From Eledone cirrhosa (lineage: Eukaryota), in assembly GCA_964016885.1 (NCBI GenBank), contig OZ024742.1, positions 237,646,001 through 237,710,000 on the forward strand: a stretch of DNA of 64,000 nt. The letters are read 5' to 3'. Shown here piece by piece: positions 27,362 to 41,779 of the stretch. The notes under the pieces were generated by a model. That model worked only from the letters and a program-made list of their open reading frames with translations. It made no database searches and was not told the DNA's origin. A program made the position numbers and the translations under genes. Positions within the stretch are counted from its first letter, which is position 1. Each line of letters starts with the position of its first letter.

Positions 27362-28054
27362 AGAGAGAGAGAGAGAGAGAGAGTGAGAGAGAGAGAGAGA
27401 GAGATGGAAAATTGACACTAATATTTTATATCACGACATCGAAAGGATGAAACGGAATGTTATAGCTGGGAATATTGAGAGTAGGAAAAAATATCACATC
27501 CAATAGACATTGGATGTTCTAACGGATATTTATTGGCCTCCTTTATACTAGGGAAATAGTCTTCTGTGTATGCACGTGTGTGTGTGTATGTATGTGTTCA
27601 ACGGAACAGCTGGCTCGCGAAATTTACGTGCAAGTGGCTGAATATTCCATAGATACGTGTGACAAGGCTAGACATTATATATTACTGGGATCGTCCATTT
27701 TTTTTTCTAGTAGATCGGAGTGGAAATACAGAGTCGTTCACGAAGGCACAACGCGCCGCCGAGAAGCGAACCCACGAACTTGTCATCGTAAGCGGAACAC
27801 CCTAACCGTTAAGCCACAAACTTAAAATGTAAAGAAGTAATCTGAAAGTTATCTCCAGATATATTCAACTAGAAATGTGAAACAAAGCAATTGAAATATA
27901 TTGAGAAAGCAAACAGAATATAAGAATATAACAGAGTAGAAGAGAATATATAAGAAAAAAATATGTAATTTATCATAAGATTAATATTTGACAAGCTGTC
28001 AATTTTACAAATCTTTCTTTTTTATACGTCATATATATGCACATATCATAATGC

Positions 28055-28268
<214 letters not shown>

Positions 28269-28531
28269 AATGAAATCGCATATATATATATATATGCCAT
28301 TTCATTATATATAAGATTAATTTCATAACTAATTCCTGGTTCCAGCCAGAGAGTCTATACTATGTTATAGACTCTATAGCATGCTGAAGAATCGCTATCA
28401 AGAAAGCTTTTCCAGAAACAAAATTCAAAACCATGCTCAAATTTGTGGACCAGAATCTACCTATGTAAATTAAAGCAGGCGGTTTTGCCTTGTAAAATGT
28501 CTATCACCCTGGAAGGGGATGGTATGAGTGT

Positions 28532-28577
<46 letters not shown>

Positions 28578-28630
28578 AGCAGCAGCAATAGTGATGCTGC
28601 CAATTTTTTAACTTGCGTTGTATCAAATAA

Positions 28631-29700
28631 CTAGCTGAGGTACTCGGCTTCGCCCGGGAGACCAGTTAAGAGAAGACGGATGAAAGAGAAAACGACTGTA
28701 TTGGATGTGTTGTTTGGTTAAAGTATGAGGTGAAGTCGTAATGTATGTGTGTTTGTGTGTGTGTTAAAGAGGAAGAGGGAGAAAGAGAGAGAGAGAGAGA
28801 GAAAAAAAAACAATTATAAACTTCCTTATTAGGCTGGGGAGGTGGGGGGGGGGGGGGGGGGGGAAGTAAACTGCCGATTAAATGGTAGCATTTGCCTTGG
28901 TTTTTAAATGTGAAATAACAATAGTCAGTATGATCTTTTTCAGCTCCAAAGGACGTCATCTGAATAGCAGCAATATACGGTATAACATTGCTTCTGAAGT
29001 GTTTAGCTTCGTTAGTGCGGTCTGTAAGCAGTATATGGATATAACCTAGAAGGTCTTCTATCAGTGAAAGTCTGACCTTTCCTCCTAAGCAACACATGAC
29101 AAGTGTAATATCCATGCTACCAATCGCGACTTTAGGATCATTTCTATAATTCTTCGATGGATCATATGAAAACGCAGCTCTTAGCCAGTGTATTCTGCTT
29201 TGGAGAGTCCTTTGTGATCCTCGAGTTTGCATCTCAACTGTCATTACCTCTTGGCGATTTTCACATTAAACCTGTTTGTTGCGATAGTCTTTCTTCTTGT
29301 CTTAATCTTTGTTTCCTATCTCAGGCTCTGTACACTTTCCAAAAAGCTAAATTAATATACACCGTAGATTAATTTGAAATAGTATTAATTGTTTCTGTGT
29401 TCTGTAAAATCAAAAACTGGTGTAAAACGACTCTATAAAATCTAACGTAATATTGTTAAACATTCAAGTGTACTTTGATCTGTAGTTTAAGCCGATTCTA
29501 GACTTCTGTGTGACGTCACCCTCTCTCTCTCAATATCTAACACTTTAATTGTATCTCTCTCTCTCTCTATAACGGCCTATCTCTCTGTGTCTCTCTCTCT
29601 TTAGAAGTGTGTGTATGTGTGTGTGTGTGTAGTTTTTGTGTAGTTTTCGTGTGATTAAACCAACCATCCAACCAATAAAGATCACTCTTTTATATTATAT
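28631..29700 (-). mobile_element. Helitron deletion derivative carrying an N-terminal RepHel relic (28860-29240)
   Basis: AAFSYDP...MCCLGGKV...AAIQMTSFGA...TFKNQGKCYHLIGSLLP is the Helitron Rep N-terminal signature; minus-strand 3' end CCCGGGCGAAGCCGAGTACCTCAGCTAG-T at 28631; 5' boundary approximate. Confidence 0.85.
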
Positions 29701-30110
29701 ATATATAAATTATGGAAAGGGAATAATAAGAGTGTGTATGTGTGTGAGTGTGTGTGTGTGTGTAAAACGTATAAATAAAACATTTAAAATCGTATCAATA
29801 TACGATCTTTATATATGATCTTTAATACTTGGTGGTTGTTTCTAATTAAACCGTGGACTTACCACACAATCAGTTTCTATATTCTGGTTAAGTACATAGC
29901 GACTCTGGCGCCACGGATCGTTTGGACGTCATTACGACTCAAATAAAACAATTTAATATTGATTTTTCATGCTATTTTTGGCTGAATTCTAATTTTGAAA
30001 TAATAAATGTTTTAACCATCTAGGATGAAAAAGAATAGTATTTCATTCCAATGAAGACATATTTTATTGAGTCTTCTACCAGTAGTGACGTAGATCAAAT
30101 TAAATGTTAT

Positions 30111-30186
<76 letters not shown>

Positions 30187-30332
30187 GTATGTATATATAT
30201 GTATGTATATATAGATATAGATATATATATGTATATATATGTGTATATATATATGTATGTATATATGTATATATATATACATACATATATATATGTATAT
30301 ATATGTATGTATATATATATATATATATATAA

Positions 30333-30733
30333 TGTAGGAGGTGAGTTTTATTGTAGTACAATAAAGCAATGCAGATATCGGATAAGAAGCACTCTACAGT
30401 TTGTGGGACTGGAGTATGCATAATATAAGATCAAAAGATGGTTAAAGGAGTTCAATATATTTTATTATGCGCATTTCAAAAACAAACATCATCAAACAAT
30501 AACATTTGTGTTTTCATCAGATAAAACAGGAGAACATGATATGAAGGCTAAAAAAACACTTGTTGATAGTGCATGTTGATTTAAAACTGCACTATCAACA
30601 AGTGTTTTTTTAGCCTTCATATCATGTTCTCCTGTTTTATCTGATGAAAACACAAATGTTATTGTTTGATGATGTTTGTTTTTGAAATGCGCATAATAAA
30701 ATATATTGAACTCCTTTAACCATCTTTTGATCT

Positions 30734-30740
<7 letters not shown>
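30333..30740. mobile_element. Fold-back element: perfect 153-bp inverted arms (30421-30573 / 30588-30740) plus 88-bp unpaired tail, between (TA)n tracts
   Basis: Arms are exact reverse complements by eye; 14-bp spacer; a hammerhead motif in each arm. Confidence 0.88.
30635..30701 (+). ncRNA. Minimal type-I hammerhead ribozyme motif (mirror copy at 30460-30526, minus)
   Basis: TTTTAT-CTGATGA-[16-bp stem II with G:U pairs and one mismatch]-GAAA-TGCGCA-TA-ATAAAA: 6-bp stem I, intact core, palindromic stem III, AUA cleavage triplet. Confidence 0.8.
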
Positions 30741-31343
<603 letters not shown>

Positions 31344-32710
31344 CACACATACATAAATGCATACAAATAGATACACTGGTATCTAACACTTGTATTATAT
31401 ATGTATATATATATTTGTATACATACATATGTGTATATATAGGAGATATGAGTATATGTGCATATGTGTATATACGCATCTATGTATATATATGTGTGTG
31501 TGCGTTTGTGTGTGTTCGTGTGTGTGTGTGCATGGGTTTGTGTGTAACATATATTGATTTCATTTGTTGAATGTTTTTTGTATGTGTTTCTCGATTATTC
31601 CTTTTTGTTTTTCTCCTCACCGCTCGCGCCAGAAAGATACTAAATGCTGGTGAAATTACTAGGGGAAAAATCAATTGGCAGATAGATAACAATTTTAGTT
31701 CGGATGACAAGCATATCATTCGCTCAATAACAGCCCTAATAGTTGCTCAACATTTAAACAATAAATTGTTTTGTAAGTCTCAGTTTAATAGATCCGATCA
31801 CGGAAATATTTTAGTGTCCATGGTAACTAACAAAAATAAAAATGTTTCCTGGTATATAGTCTAGCTAATCAAGCTTTGGTCAAAATTGCAGTCGTTCTGA
31901 TTAATTTGATTAAAAGGGACAAAATAAAAAAAGAATCACCCACAGTAGACATGCTCGCAATCTAATGATTAAAACCAGTAAAATAGTATTATAAAGCAAT
32001 ATTTTGTCAATAACAGTAGATGAATCATGTTCGAATGGTTAAGAAGTTCCCTTCAGAATCATTAAGCCCTGAGTTTAATCCCACTGCGTAGCTTTTTGGG
32101 CAAGTGTCTTTTATCATAGCCTCGGTTCGACACTTACTTTGTGAATAAAATCGATAAAACTCCATTCCATTGGTCAATGACAAACACTATCTATTTTTTA
32201 CCCCAAATGATATATGAGATATTTGTTGGTTTGAAACAAAATATAAAATCTGTAATTGTAATTGTTATATGAACAGTATTATGTGTGCATGTTGATAGAT
32301 TTTAGATATTTTATAACTACACACAAAACACACTGTGTATGACAATTTCAGGTACAGTCCATCTAACGAGCTATCGAATCTTCCTCACAAGGTATGGGTT
32401 GACCCGAAAAAAACTTCCTGTAAATTGCGTTAAGAGTACTCCTGTTTGTTGAATGTTCAACCACATGCATATTAATTTCAGTCGAGGTTGTTTTGTCATA
32501 AACGCCCTAATATTTTTGCCAATCCACTGCCCTTAAAATGTGTTAATGATGAAAACCACCTTCTTGATAGACGTGATCCCCAGTCTGAAACCAAGAAGAA
32601 ACATCTTCGTCCAAGTGCAGCTTTTTACATCTAGAGAAGAACAAACTGCAGCATTAGTGGGCGAGGATCTTTAAGAATGTCTCTGTCTGTCTGTCTCTCT
32701 CTCTCTCACT

Positions 32711-32775
<65 letters not shown>

Positions 32776-32989
32776 CCAACTGACATTGAAACCTTCCTTT
32801 CTGAAGACCTGCTGTATCAATGAAAGCTTCTCAACCATTTGAGGAGGAGAATGTGGTTTGTGAAAAGCTGTTTTAGTCAGATGGCGGCTACAGGACTGGC
32901 TCAGCCACTAATGTGGATAATTAAACCTGGCTTTGGAACACTGTTTTGTCTGTTCCCGGCTACCCAACACACATAGATTTTAATGGAAA

Positions 32990-33380
32990 GAGCAGCAGCA
33001 GCAGCAGCAGAAGAAGAAGAAGAAGAAGAAGAAGAAGAAGAAGAAGAAGAAGAAGAAGAAGAAGAAGAAGAAGAAGAAGAAGAAGAAGAAGAAGAAGAAG
33101 AAGAAGAAGAAGAAGATAAATGACAATGACAATGATGACGATGCTACTACAGCTACTCTTGTTGCTGCAGTTGATGATGATGATGATGATGATGCTGGTG
33201 ATGATAATAATAATGACGACGATAAAAAAGTTGGTAGTGATGAGAATGATGACTATGGCAACTAAAGCGACAGCGACGTCGACGCCATTAATGATGATGA
33301 TGATGATGGTGATGATAATAATGACGACGATAACAAAAATGATAATGAAGACAATGATGCTGATGACAAGTACGATGACA
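32990..33380. repeat. (CAG)n-(GAA)n-(GAT)n compound trinucleotide repeat
   Basis: Direct reading. Confidence 0.93.
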
Positions 33381-33732
33381 TGCCTTACGAGAATATTTAT
33401 TCAGTGCTACAGTTTCAAGTTATATCTATCATAAGAAAATGGCTTTGGATCTTGCAAGGAAATTATCTTCATTTGGATTCCATAGAGACTCTGTAGTGAA
33501 TCCCAAATGAATTTACAGGTATTCCATCTCCCGATTACCAGGTGTTTGCCTAGGGTGATTTTGACATAATTGATTCTGTCATGTTTTGTCAATCACTATA
33601 GTGGGATTCTACGCTAGTTCATTAAAGTTGTAACAACAACGGATCCAATTGTATTTTTGTGTGTGCATGTGTGCGTGTTTGTGTAGATCTATCTGTCTAT
33701 CTATCTGTCTATGTAACTTTATGTATATGCCT

Positions 33733-33850
<118 letters not shown>

Positions 33851-34176
33851 TACACATATACATTCGTGTATATACATAAATATGTGTATCTCATTATAAT
33901 ATATAACCAGCAATTTCTATGTCTGTCTGTCCGACAGTGGAAACACGTACGTGCGTGGTTGCTATCTCTCTCTCTCTCTCCAGCTATCCCTCTCTTTTAG
34001 TCTGTCTGTTTCTCTCACCCTCACTCTTTCTCTTTGTAACACACTAACATTCCTCCCCTCTGTTGCTGTGACGAATGGGGAGATGGAGGAGGAGGAGGAG
34101 GAGAGAGTCACTTCGTCACTTCACCTCTGCCTTTCTTTCTCTCCCCTCTCACTCCCTCATTACGTACAGACATTAG

Positions 34177-34368
34177 GGCGGTGGATTGGCAGAATCTGTA
34201 GAGAGACAGACACCATGCTTCATAGCATGGAGTTACGTCCCTTTACGGTCTGAGTTCAAATACCGCCGAGGTTAACTTTGCCTTTCATCCTCACGGGGTC
34301 GATAAAATAAAGTACCAGTAATGTACTGGGTAATTACTGGCCTTGTGCCAAAAGTAGAAACAATTATT
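34177..34368 (+). mobile_element. SINE family 1
   Basis: Full head-core-tail match to the other copies. Confidence 0.88.
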
Positions 34369-35048
34369 AGAAACATTGCTTCATTTTTACATATCTAAGC
34401 ATTAGTAAAATAACTAATAATTTCAAAAGTAATTTTTCAATTCCAATTGTTATGAACAGCAAAACATTAATAATAATTTTGTTCTAAGAAATATATATAC
34501 ATTTCTGTGTGTGTAATATATATATATATATATACACACACACAGAAATATATGGGCATTTCTCTGTTTGTCTGTCTGTCCTTCCCTAAAACTCAAATGT
34601 AGGTGCTACAGAAATATTACCTTCCCCTTCCTTTCTCCACTTTGGTACTACCAAGAGAAACACTATCGCTATAGAAACATTACCTTCCCCTCTCCACTGA
34701 CTTTGGTCACTGAGGCCGAGGAAATCGCTGGTTGCTATAGAGACACCTTGCACAAGCCAGAAGTAACCAGTTCGAGGCGGTTCTGACTTGACACCATGCC
34801 AAGGACCATTTGAAGATATATTTCCATCGTTATATCATAACGTTTATGTATCATAACGTTTATATTTCCGTCACTAATCTCTTTTTCTCCTTTTTCGTTT
34901 TAACATATATTTATTTCAAAGATTTCACCGTATAGATAACATATATATTTATACATGCATAAAAGACACACCGAGAGACGGTGAACATGTGGTGCCGAAA
35001 ACATTTCTCATCCAAATCTCAACAATATCAGTATATACACTAGATTTG

Positions 35049-35340
35049 CTAGCAGAAAACCGCCCACCGGGTGGTTTTCTGCTAGTCTATATATATAAAA
35101 CTGATGTTGTCTGTGTGTCCTCATTTTTGCAAAGTCTATACAAATCCACATTTCTGCTCCGATTGACTTCAAACTTGCATTTATATATTCCTTGCGGTCT
35201 AAAGATATTAACTGCCGCTTTTTTTTTCAATTTTCTGTTGTTAAAGGGGTGTTAGGCGCCGGTTAGCCATCTCCGTCGTGCTCTTATAATATCTGTCTGT
35301 ATGCCTGGCTGTCTGCATAACGTCATTGCTGACGTATAAT
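35049..35340 (+). mobile_element. Helitron junction: 3' hairpin-CTAG (35049-35085) directly followed by a TCTATATATATAAAA 5' end (35086); related 5' segment at 48097-48380
   Basis: CTAGCAGAAAACCGCCCACCGGGTGGTTTTCTGCTAG|TCTATATATATAAAACTGATGTTGTCTGTGTGTCC. Confidence 0.65.
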
Positions 35341-35361
35341 CTTCGCTACATTCACACACAG

Positions 35362-35446
<85 letters not shown>

Positions 35447-35675
35447 TATATATATACACACACATATATACACATATACACACACATATATATATATACA
35501 TATACAAACACATATACACATTTATAGATATACACATATACATATATATAAATATACACATAAAAATATATGTATATATACACACGCACACATATATATT
35601 TATATATATATACATACATGCGCACACACACATATATATATGCATACACACACACAAACAAACACATATATATAT

Positions 35676-36328
35676 ATTAGAAAGTGAGGTTTTTTTACAA
35701 AATGAAAAATAACCGAGGAGTCCTACACGAGTGAAAGTATAAAGAAAAAAAAGATGAAATCGAAAATGCAACTGGAGTCTTATTTAAAATAAAATATATA
35801 TATTTATTTGGTTCCTTTATCGGTTTCGCAGTTCTTCTGCTTTTCAAAAGTAGATTTGAGATGGAGGGTTGTGGTTTTTCTCACATCTGGTTCGTCTTCG
35901 AATGTTACTTGTTTTATATGGAAAAAAGTGGCTCGAAACGCCAGGTTTTTAGAGAAGTAATTTGATTGGTTGGTCAATAAGTATAATAAATTAGGCGCCA
36001 GTTCGCGTTACAAAGTTCTTCAAACAGGGGGTGGGGGGCTCAGGTTGTTTTCTCATATATGAGTGAAGTTTGAACTAGCGTGAAATTTATTATACTTATT
36101 GACCAACCAATCAAATTACTTCTCTAAAAACCTGGCGTTTCGAGCCACTTTTTTCCATAAAAAACAAGTAACATTCTAAGACCAACCAGATGTGAGGAAA
36201 ACCACAGACCCTCCATCTCAACTCTACTTTTGAAAAGCAGAAGAACTGCGAAACCGGTAAAGGAACCAAATAAATATATATATATTTTTTTTAAATAAGA
36301 TTCCAGTTGCATTTTCGATTTCATCTTT
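35676..36328. mobile_element. Fold-back element: about 243-bp inverted arms (35750-35992 / 36084-36328) plus about 75-bp tail, between microsatellites
   Basis: Arms are near-complementary with scattered mismatches; degenerate hammerhead-like motif at 36227-36262. Confidence 0.82.
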
Positions 36329-36348
36329 CTCTCTCTCTCTCTCTCTCC

Positions 36349-36552
<204 letters not shown>

Positions 36553-36567
36553 ATATATATATATATA

Positions 36568-36792
36568 GCGTCCAACCCTCTACCGATACTGCCAATCCAC
36601 CATAGGGCGGTGGATTGGCAGTATCGGTAGAGGGTCGGACGCCATACTTTGGCGCATTGAGTTACGGCCCTTGCCATTCTGAGTTCAAATCCCGCCGAGG
36701 TTAACTTTGCCTTTCATCCTTACGGGGTCGATAAAATAAAGTACCAGTAATACACTGGGTAATTGCTGGCCTTGTGCCTAAAGTAGAAACAG

Positions 36793-36795
<3 letters not shown>
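36568..36795 (+). mobile_element. SINE family 1 (36606-36795) with its 5' head duplicated in inverted orientation (36568-36601)
   Basis: GCGTCCAACCCTCTACCGATACTGCCAATCCACC-ATAGGGC-GGTGGATTGGCAGTATCGGTAGAGGGTCGGACGC. Confidence 0.88.
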
Positions 36796-36826
<31 letters not shown>

Positions 36827-36984
36827 TTCAGGTTATCAATAATGTAGTGATAATATATCGTTACGTTAGAGATGAACAGCGTACGTGTAGGTTTGCACAA
36901 CGAGTATAAATTATATTCCGGAGAAAATGTAGAAAAGATGAATATAAAATGAAAGTGCTTTTATAAAGGAATTTATTAGGTATT

Positions 36985-37093
36985 GACATATGTTTCTGTA
37001 ACAGACGGAATACCTATGTATCGCTGCTTGCGTAATCATATAATGTTAGCAAGTATTCGATAGCAAATGTATAATCAGTTGTCACTTCTTCAG
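36985..37093 (-). ncRNA. Hammerhead-like motif with about 90-nt extended stem II; stem I not evident
   Basis: Minus strand CTGAAGA-A-GTGACA...TGTTAC-A-GAAA-CATATG-TC; the insert pairs TATCG/CGATA and CTTGC/GCAAG. Confidence 0.55.
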
Positions 37094-37529
37094 AGATATT
37101 GGATAAATTGGAAAAAATCAGAAAAATTGAAGTATTTATATTAGTTGTAAGAAAGGAAGAAGAGAGGGGATAGTATATGACAGATGGCAATTCTATTTAC
37201 TGGTAAACAAATATATAAAAGTTATCTAATGAGAATACAATGAGTATATGGTTTATTTTATCTAAATAAGCATTTTTGGGAGTTCCTATTTTAATCTATA
37301 CTTGACCAATGAACAATGGACAGGGCTGGTCGTTTGGTGTAGTGTATGTGTGTGTGTGTGTATCTGTGTATATATATATATACATATATATATACACACA
37401 CACAGATACATTGTAGGTCGCTTTAACTCGTCTTTTATTATTCAAAAAACATCTTGCCAATAAACATTAACCCTTTGTGCGTCATTCATCTAACTGTAGA
37501 CCAACAAATACCATATATAACACACACAT

Positions 37530-37618
<89 letters not shown>

Positions 37619-37782
37619 GTGTGTGTTTGTTTGTTATAAGAACAGATTAAAGTTTAAGCAAAGAATCGCTGCTTTCAACATTAACGGGATCTTCTGAAAC
37701 TAACGAATTTAATCTGTGAAGTAAATATTTCGAGAAACGTTGCAACTGAAGGAAAACATGAAGACGATATTTTGGTTCGTGA

Positions 37783-37927
37783 AGACGTTCCCTGATAATT
37801 GTTTCTACTTTAGGCACAAGGCCAGCAATTACCCAGTGCATTACTGGTACTTTATTTTATCGACCCCGTAAGGATGAAAGGCAAAGTCAACCTCGGCGGG
37901 ATTTGAACTCAGACGTTCCCTGATAAT
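37783..37927 (-). mobile_element. 5'-truncated SINE family 1 with 17-bp target-site duplication
   Basis: AGACGTTCCCTGATAAT at 37783-37799 and 37911-37927. Confidence 0.88.
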
Positions 37928-38021
37928 GAACGGAAAAAAGCGAGGATAATACATTGTTATGTGGATCGGAAAAACAATTTCATGCAAAGATAGGACCAAG
38001 TTTATGGTATAAATGGAGTCG

Positions 38022-38694
38022 TTATACTAATATTCTATTTAAAATAACAGAATGAATTCCAGCCCGGTGTTTAAGAATGATGTAAATAAAATTTAAAACG
38101 AAAATGACAGAGGTTATTAAAATAGTAAAAGTAAATAGTGAAGATTTAGGCCAGTACATACGTATGCCCCGACGGACATACACATACCTACGCACACACA
38201 AATACATACACACCCACAAACACACATACACACACACACACACACGCACGCCCGCGCGCGCGTATGTATATACCTTATGCATTTCTACAGTATTTTCACC
38301 AAACTTAAGACATAGGTTACTTATGTACTCCGGATGGTCATGGGAAAATTTCATTTTCCAGATAACCCCTTTCAACCGGCAGATAACCCCTTTCAACCGC
38401 TTCCTTGGAGTCGACTGAAGAACTGCAGTGCAATGCAACAAAACGTCATAACTTCTGGAGTTCGCAACCGATTTTCACAAAACTTGACACATGAGCTACG
38501 TTTGTCCTACAGATGAATGTGAACTTTAAGAATTGGCTGATATTGAGTAGGGGACCCCTGGGGGCAGGAACCCCCTTTTGGAAAAAGCCGATGATTTTGT
38601 AAAAGTATAGGTTTCGAAGCAGCACTGAAGTATTGACATAAATGGTATACACAACTGCTATTTAATACCCGAGCAACGCCGGGTACCTCTGCTA
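38022..38694 (+). mobile_element. Non-autonomous Helitron
   Basis: 5' TATACTAATATT; 3' hairpin TACCCGAGCAACGCCGGGTA then CCTCTGCTAG-T. Confidence 0.75.
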
Positions 38695-38811
38695 GTATAT
38701 ATATATGTGTGTGCATCATCATCCTTTTTACGTCAGCTTATCAATGCTCGCTTGGGTTGCCTATATATATATATATATACACATACACACACACGCACGC
38801 ACTCACACACG

Positions 38812-38889
<78 letters not shown>

Positions 38890-39344
38890 TATATATATAT
38901 ATATATAATTGGTGTGGGATGCTTAAAGCGTCCGTATGCGTTAGGCCGTTTGAGCACTCGATGGTAATAAATTTTAATTCGTCGCACCACTGATTTTCCG
39001 TTTCTTATGTGATTTATATATAATTATGACAGCGACATATACATGTACTTAAGTTTCGTTGGGTTATTTACCTGTTATATAAAAGGAGATAGATACTCCC
39101 ACGGTTGATTGTAGTTTTTTAGAAAAAAATACGAGAGCTCTTCAAAGGTAGATAATTTCGAAATTAGCTATAAATAAGTAACAATATTAATAGGTTAAAA
39201 GGAAGTAAGTATCCAAAAAATATTATAAAGCAATATATCAAATGCAGGGAACGCATGCTAAGTTAGTAATTCAAAGAAATCAAATTCCTTGAAATTCAAA
39301 TTTGTTAGTAATTCAAAGAAAATATATTCCTTGAAATTCAAATT

Positions 39345-41160
39345 ATTTAGTCTGGTCTATACCATTTTCTCAGAATGAATTTCGATTCGTGTGGACAACG
39401 ACCGATGCTGTCAAAGCAGTGTTTCTCTGTAGCCAGTTGTGAGAGTATATTCCACTTTTCCGCGTTAAATAGCTGGCAAAATTTCGTCCCATTAACATAG
39501 GGGTAGATTTTTCTAATATTAGTTATTGGAAGATGTGCCGTTATTTTTAAGGGTCCATACATGGTTTGCGAGCTGGATGACATATTTTTTTGTCAGTATG
39601 TCTGAAAACTGTTTCATGGTTCAGATACTGGCTTTTGAATCGGCTCTCGGACATTCCGACATTAGTTCAAGCTTCTGTTTGGTGGTTCTGGTTGGTGGAG
39701 GTCACTTCTGTCTGATATATATTACTATTGGAATGTTGCACTGTCAGCATTTTCTTTTAGATGTAGGGCGGTGATCTGGAGAGTAAGCGACTCTTTCAGA
39801 GAAGCCGCTGTTGCTTCGTGCTGGGTTGTAAAAGAAGGCTTTGCTAGAAGAATGGTTGGATACCCTCTTACTAATGTTATTGATAGGATTTTTTAGAACT
39901 CTAGGGGGTGGCTAGAGTCCTTATGAATGTACCTAAGCTTCTCACTGGTTTTGTGGAATGGTCTGTGTGTGCGTGTCCGTAGATCTCGATTAACGTCTAG
40001 GAAGTTAACACTGGTTAGGTTGGTGGATATAGTAAATTTTAAGCCTAGACTTAAAAAATTGTGATCAGGTTTTTTCTAAATGTGTCGAGTTGATGGCCTC
40101 TTTTCTGGCTCGATGGAGTCAGACCATCATCACGATACAGGTTCGTATGGAATTCAGGGAATATATTACATAGTGTGTCTAAGATAAAAAAAAGCCCACC
40201 AAATCGCATATATCGGCGCTGTCAAATGATCCCATCGGCACATCGAATGGATCGTTGTTAGTGGATTTCTTTATCCATGGTTACTATTATTAAAGAGTAT
40301 TTTTTTTTTTCTGCAGTGGGATATGGCTAATCGGTCAAACTTGTCTATATTAGTGAAATTGCTAGCGAAATCAGGGGCCTTATCAAGTAAGTTCCTCAAT
40401 ATCGAGGGGTTAAAATGAATGATATCAAATTGAGTGAACCTAGCTTCTAAGTGTGTTTGAGGACATTAAACCAATCTATGACTACTTGACTATTATTCCA
40501 CTGATTAAGAGTGGACTGTTGTCTAATGACTATATTAATTTTTCTAAGTATGTCTTTACTATCAATTCCTAACTCAGTTTTAGCAGGGCTTATGAGCCAG
40601 CAAGATGGTTTATTGACAAAGTCATCCTTAACGTCATTAAATGTAATATAGGCCCCTCTCCTAGCCAAGCACTTGTTATCTACTTTGAGGGTGGCCGCTA
40701 TATGCTTCGCCAAAATTATTGATGGCTTTGTAGCAGGGTCAGCTTTTTATATTCAGACTGTATGGTTTAGTCCAGAAGTTGGTTGTAGGTAGAATGATCT
40801 AGTTCATAAAGATTGTTAGTTTTATCAGATAGGACGAAAGTTCTATCAGCGAATCTGAAGTTTTCTATGTTTCTACTTATTTCATTCTAAAAAGAATTGG
40901 AGTGTTTGCGAAGAGATATGTTAGCAGCGAGATTAAGAATTATCAGCCTCAAAGCTAGAAAGTTCCTTTATCTTAGGTGGGTAGTTTCTAGACATCAGGT
41001 TGAATATATTGGCTGAATTTGATAGTTTACCGTCAAAGGCCAGTATCCTCTATCTCAATCACTTCATGGGGTGGAGTTTAGAGTACATCCTGCCTGAAGG
41101 GGTCTGTATATTCTTCAGAGAGTAGTCAATTAACTCGTTCTATGGACTAAGTGCTCTTAC
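39345..41160 (-). mobile_element. Degenerate Penelope-like element (Naiad-like) RT and GIY-YIG relic
   Basis: AYITFNDVKDDFVNKPSCWLISPAKTELG, WNNSQVVIDWF and LYRDDGL parallel the 49944-51963 element. Confidence 0.8.
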
Positions 41161-41222
41161 CCTTGGATATTTCTACCAAACTTATATTACAATATATATA
41201 TATATATATACATAGTCATGTG

Positions 41223-41353
<131 letters not shown>

Positions 41354-41355
41354 AT

Positions 41356-41409
<54 letters not shown>

Positions 41410-41411
<2 letters not shown>

Positions 41412-41610
41412 CAAAGAAGGTGTGGTAAGATACCAGGTGGACAATAGCGCACCAGAGTGTTCGATACTTAGAGTAGTAGAGTGGGTAATAGGAAAAGAGT
41501 CAGGACCCCAACGGCTGAGCTCCGACCATTTCGACAGCTAGATCCGAACGCTCGGATCTAGCTGTTGAAATGGTCGGAACTCAGCCGTCGGGGTCCTGAC
41601 TCTTTTCATA
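41410..41610 (-). mobile_element. Hairpin-plus-tail miniature element, copy B (hairpin 41492-41607) in (TA)n
   Basis: Tail homologous to the reverse complement of 6230-6307; hairpin homologous to 6120-6229 with compensatory changes. Confidence 0.85.
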
Positions 41611-41641
41611 TATATATATATAATAATATATACAAATATAT

Positions 41642-41681
<40 letters not shown>

Positions 41682-41779
41682 ATGTGCGTGCGCTCGTTTG
41701 TGTATGTGTGTGTGTGTGTGTGTGCACATATATACACATATACACACACACATGTATATATATAGAGAGAGATAGATAT

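Noticed and set aside
28384-28412. CTGAAGA...GAAA motifs here and at 32801-32832
   Set aside because: No stem I or stem II pairing.
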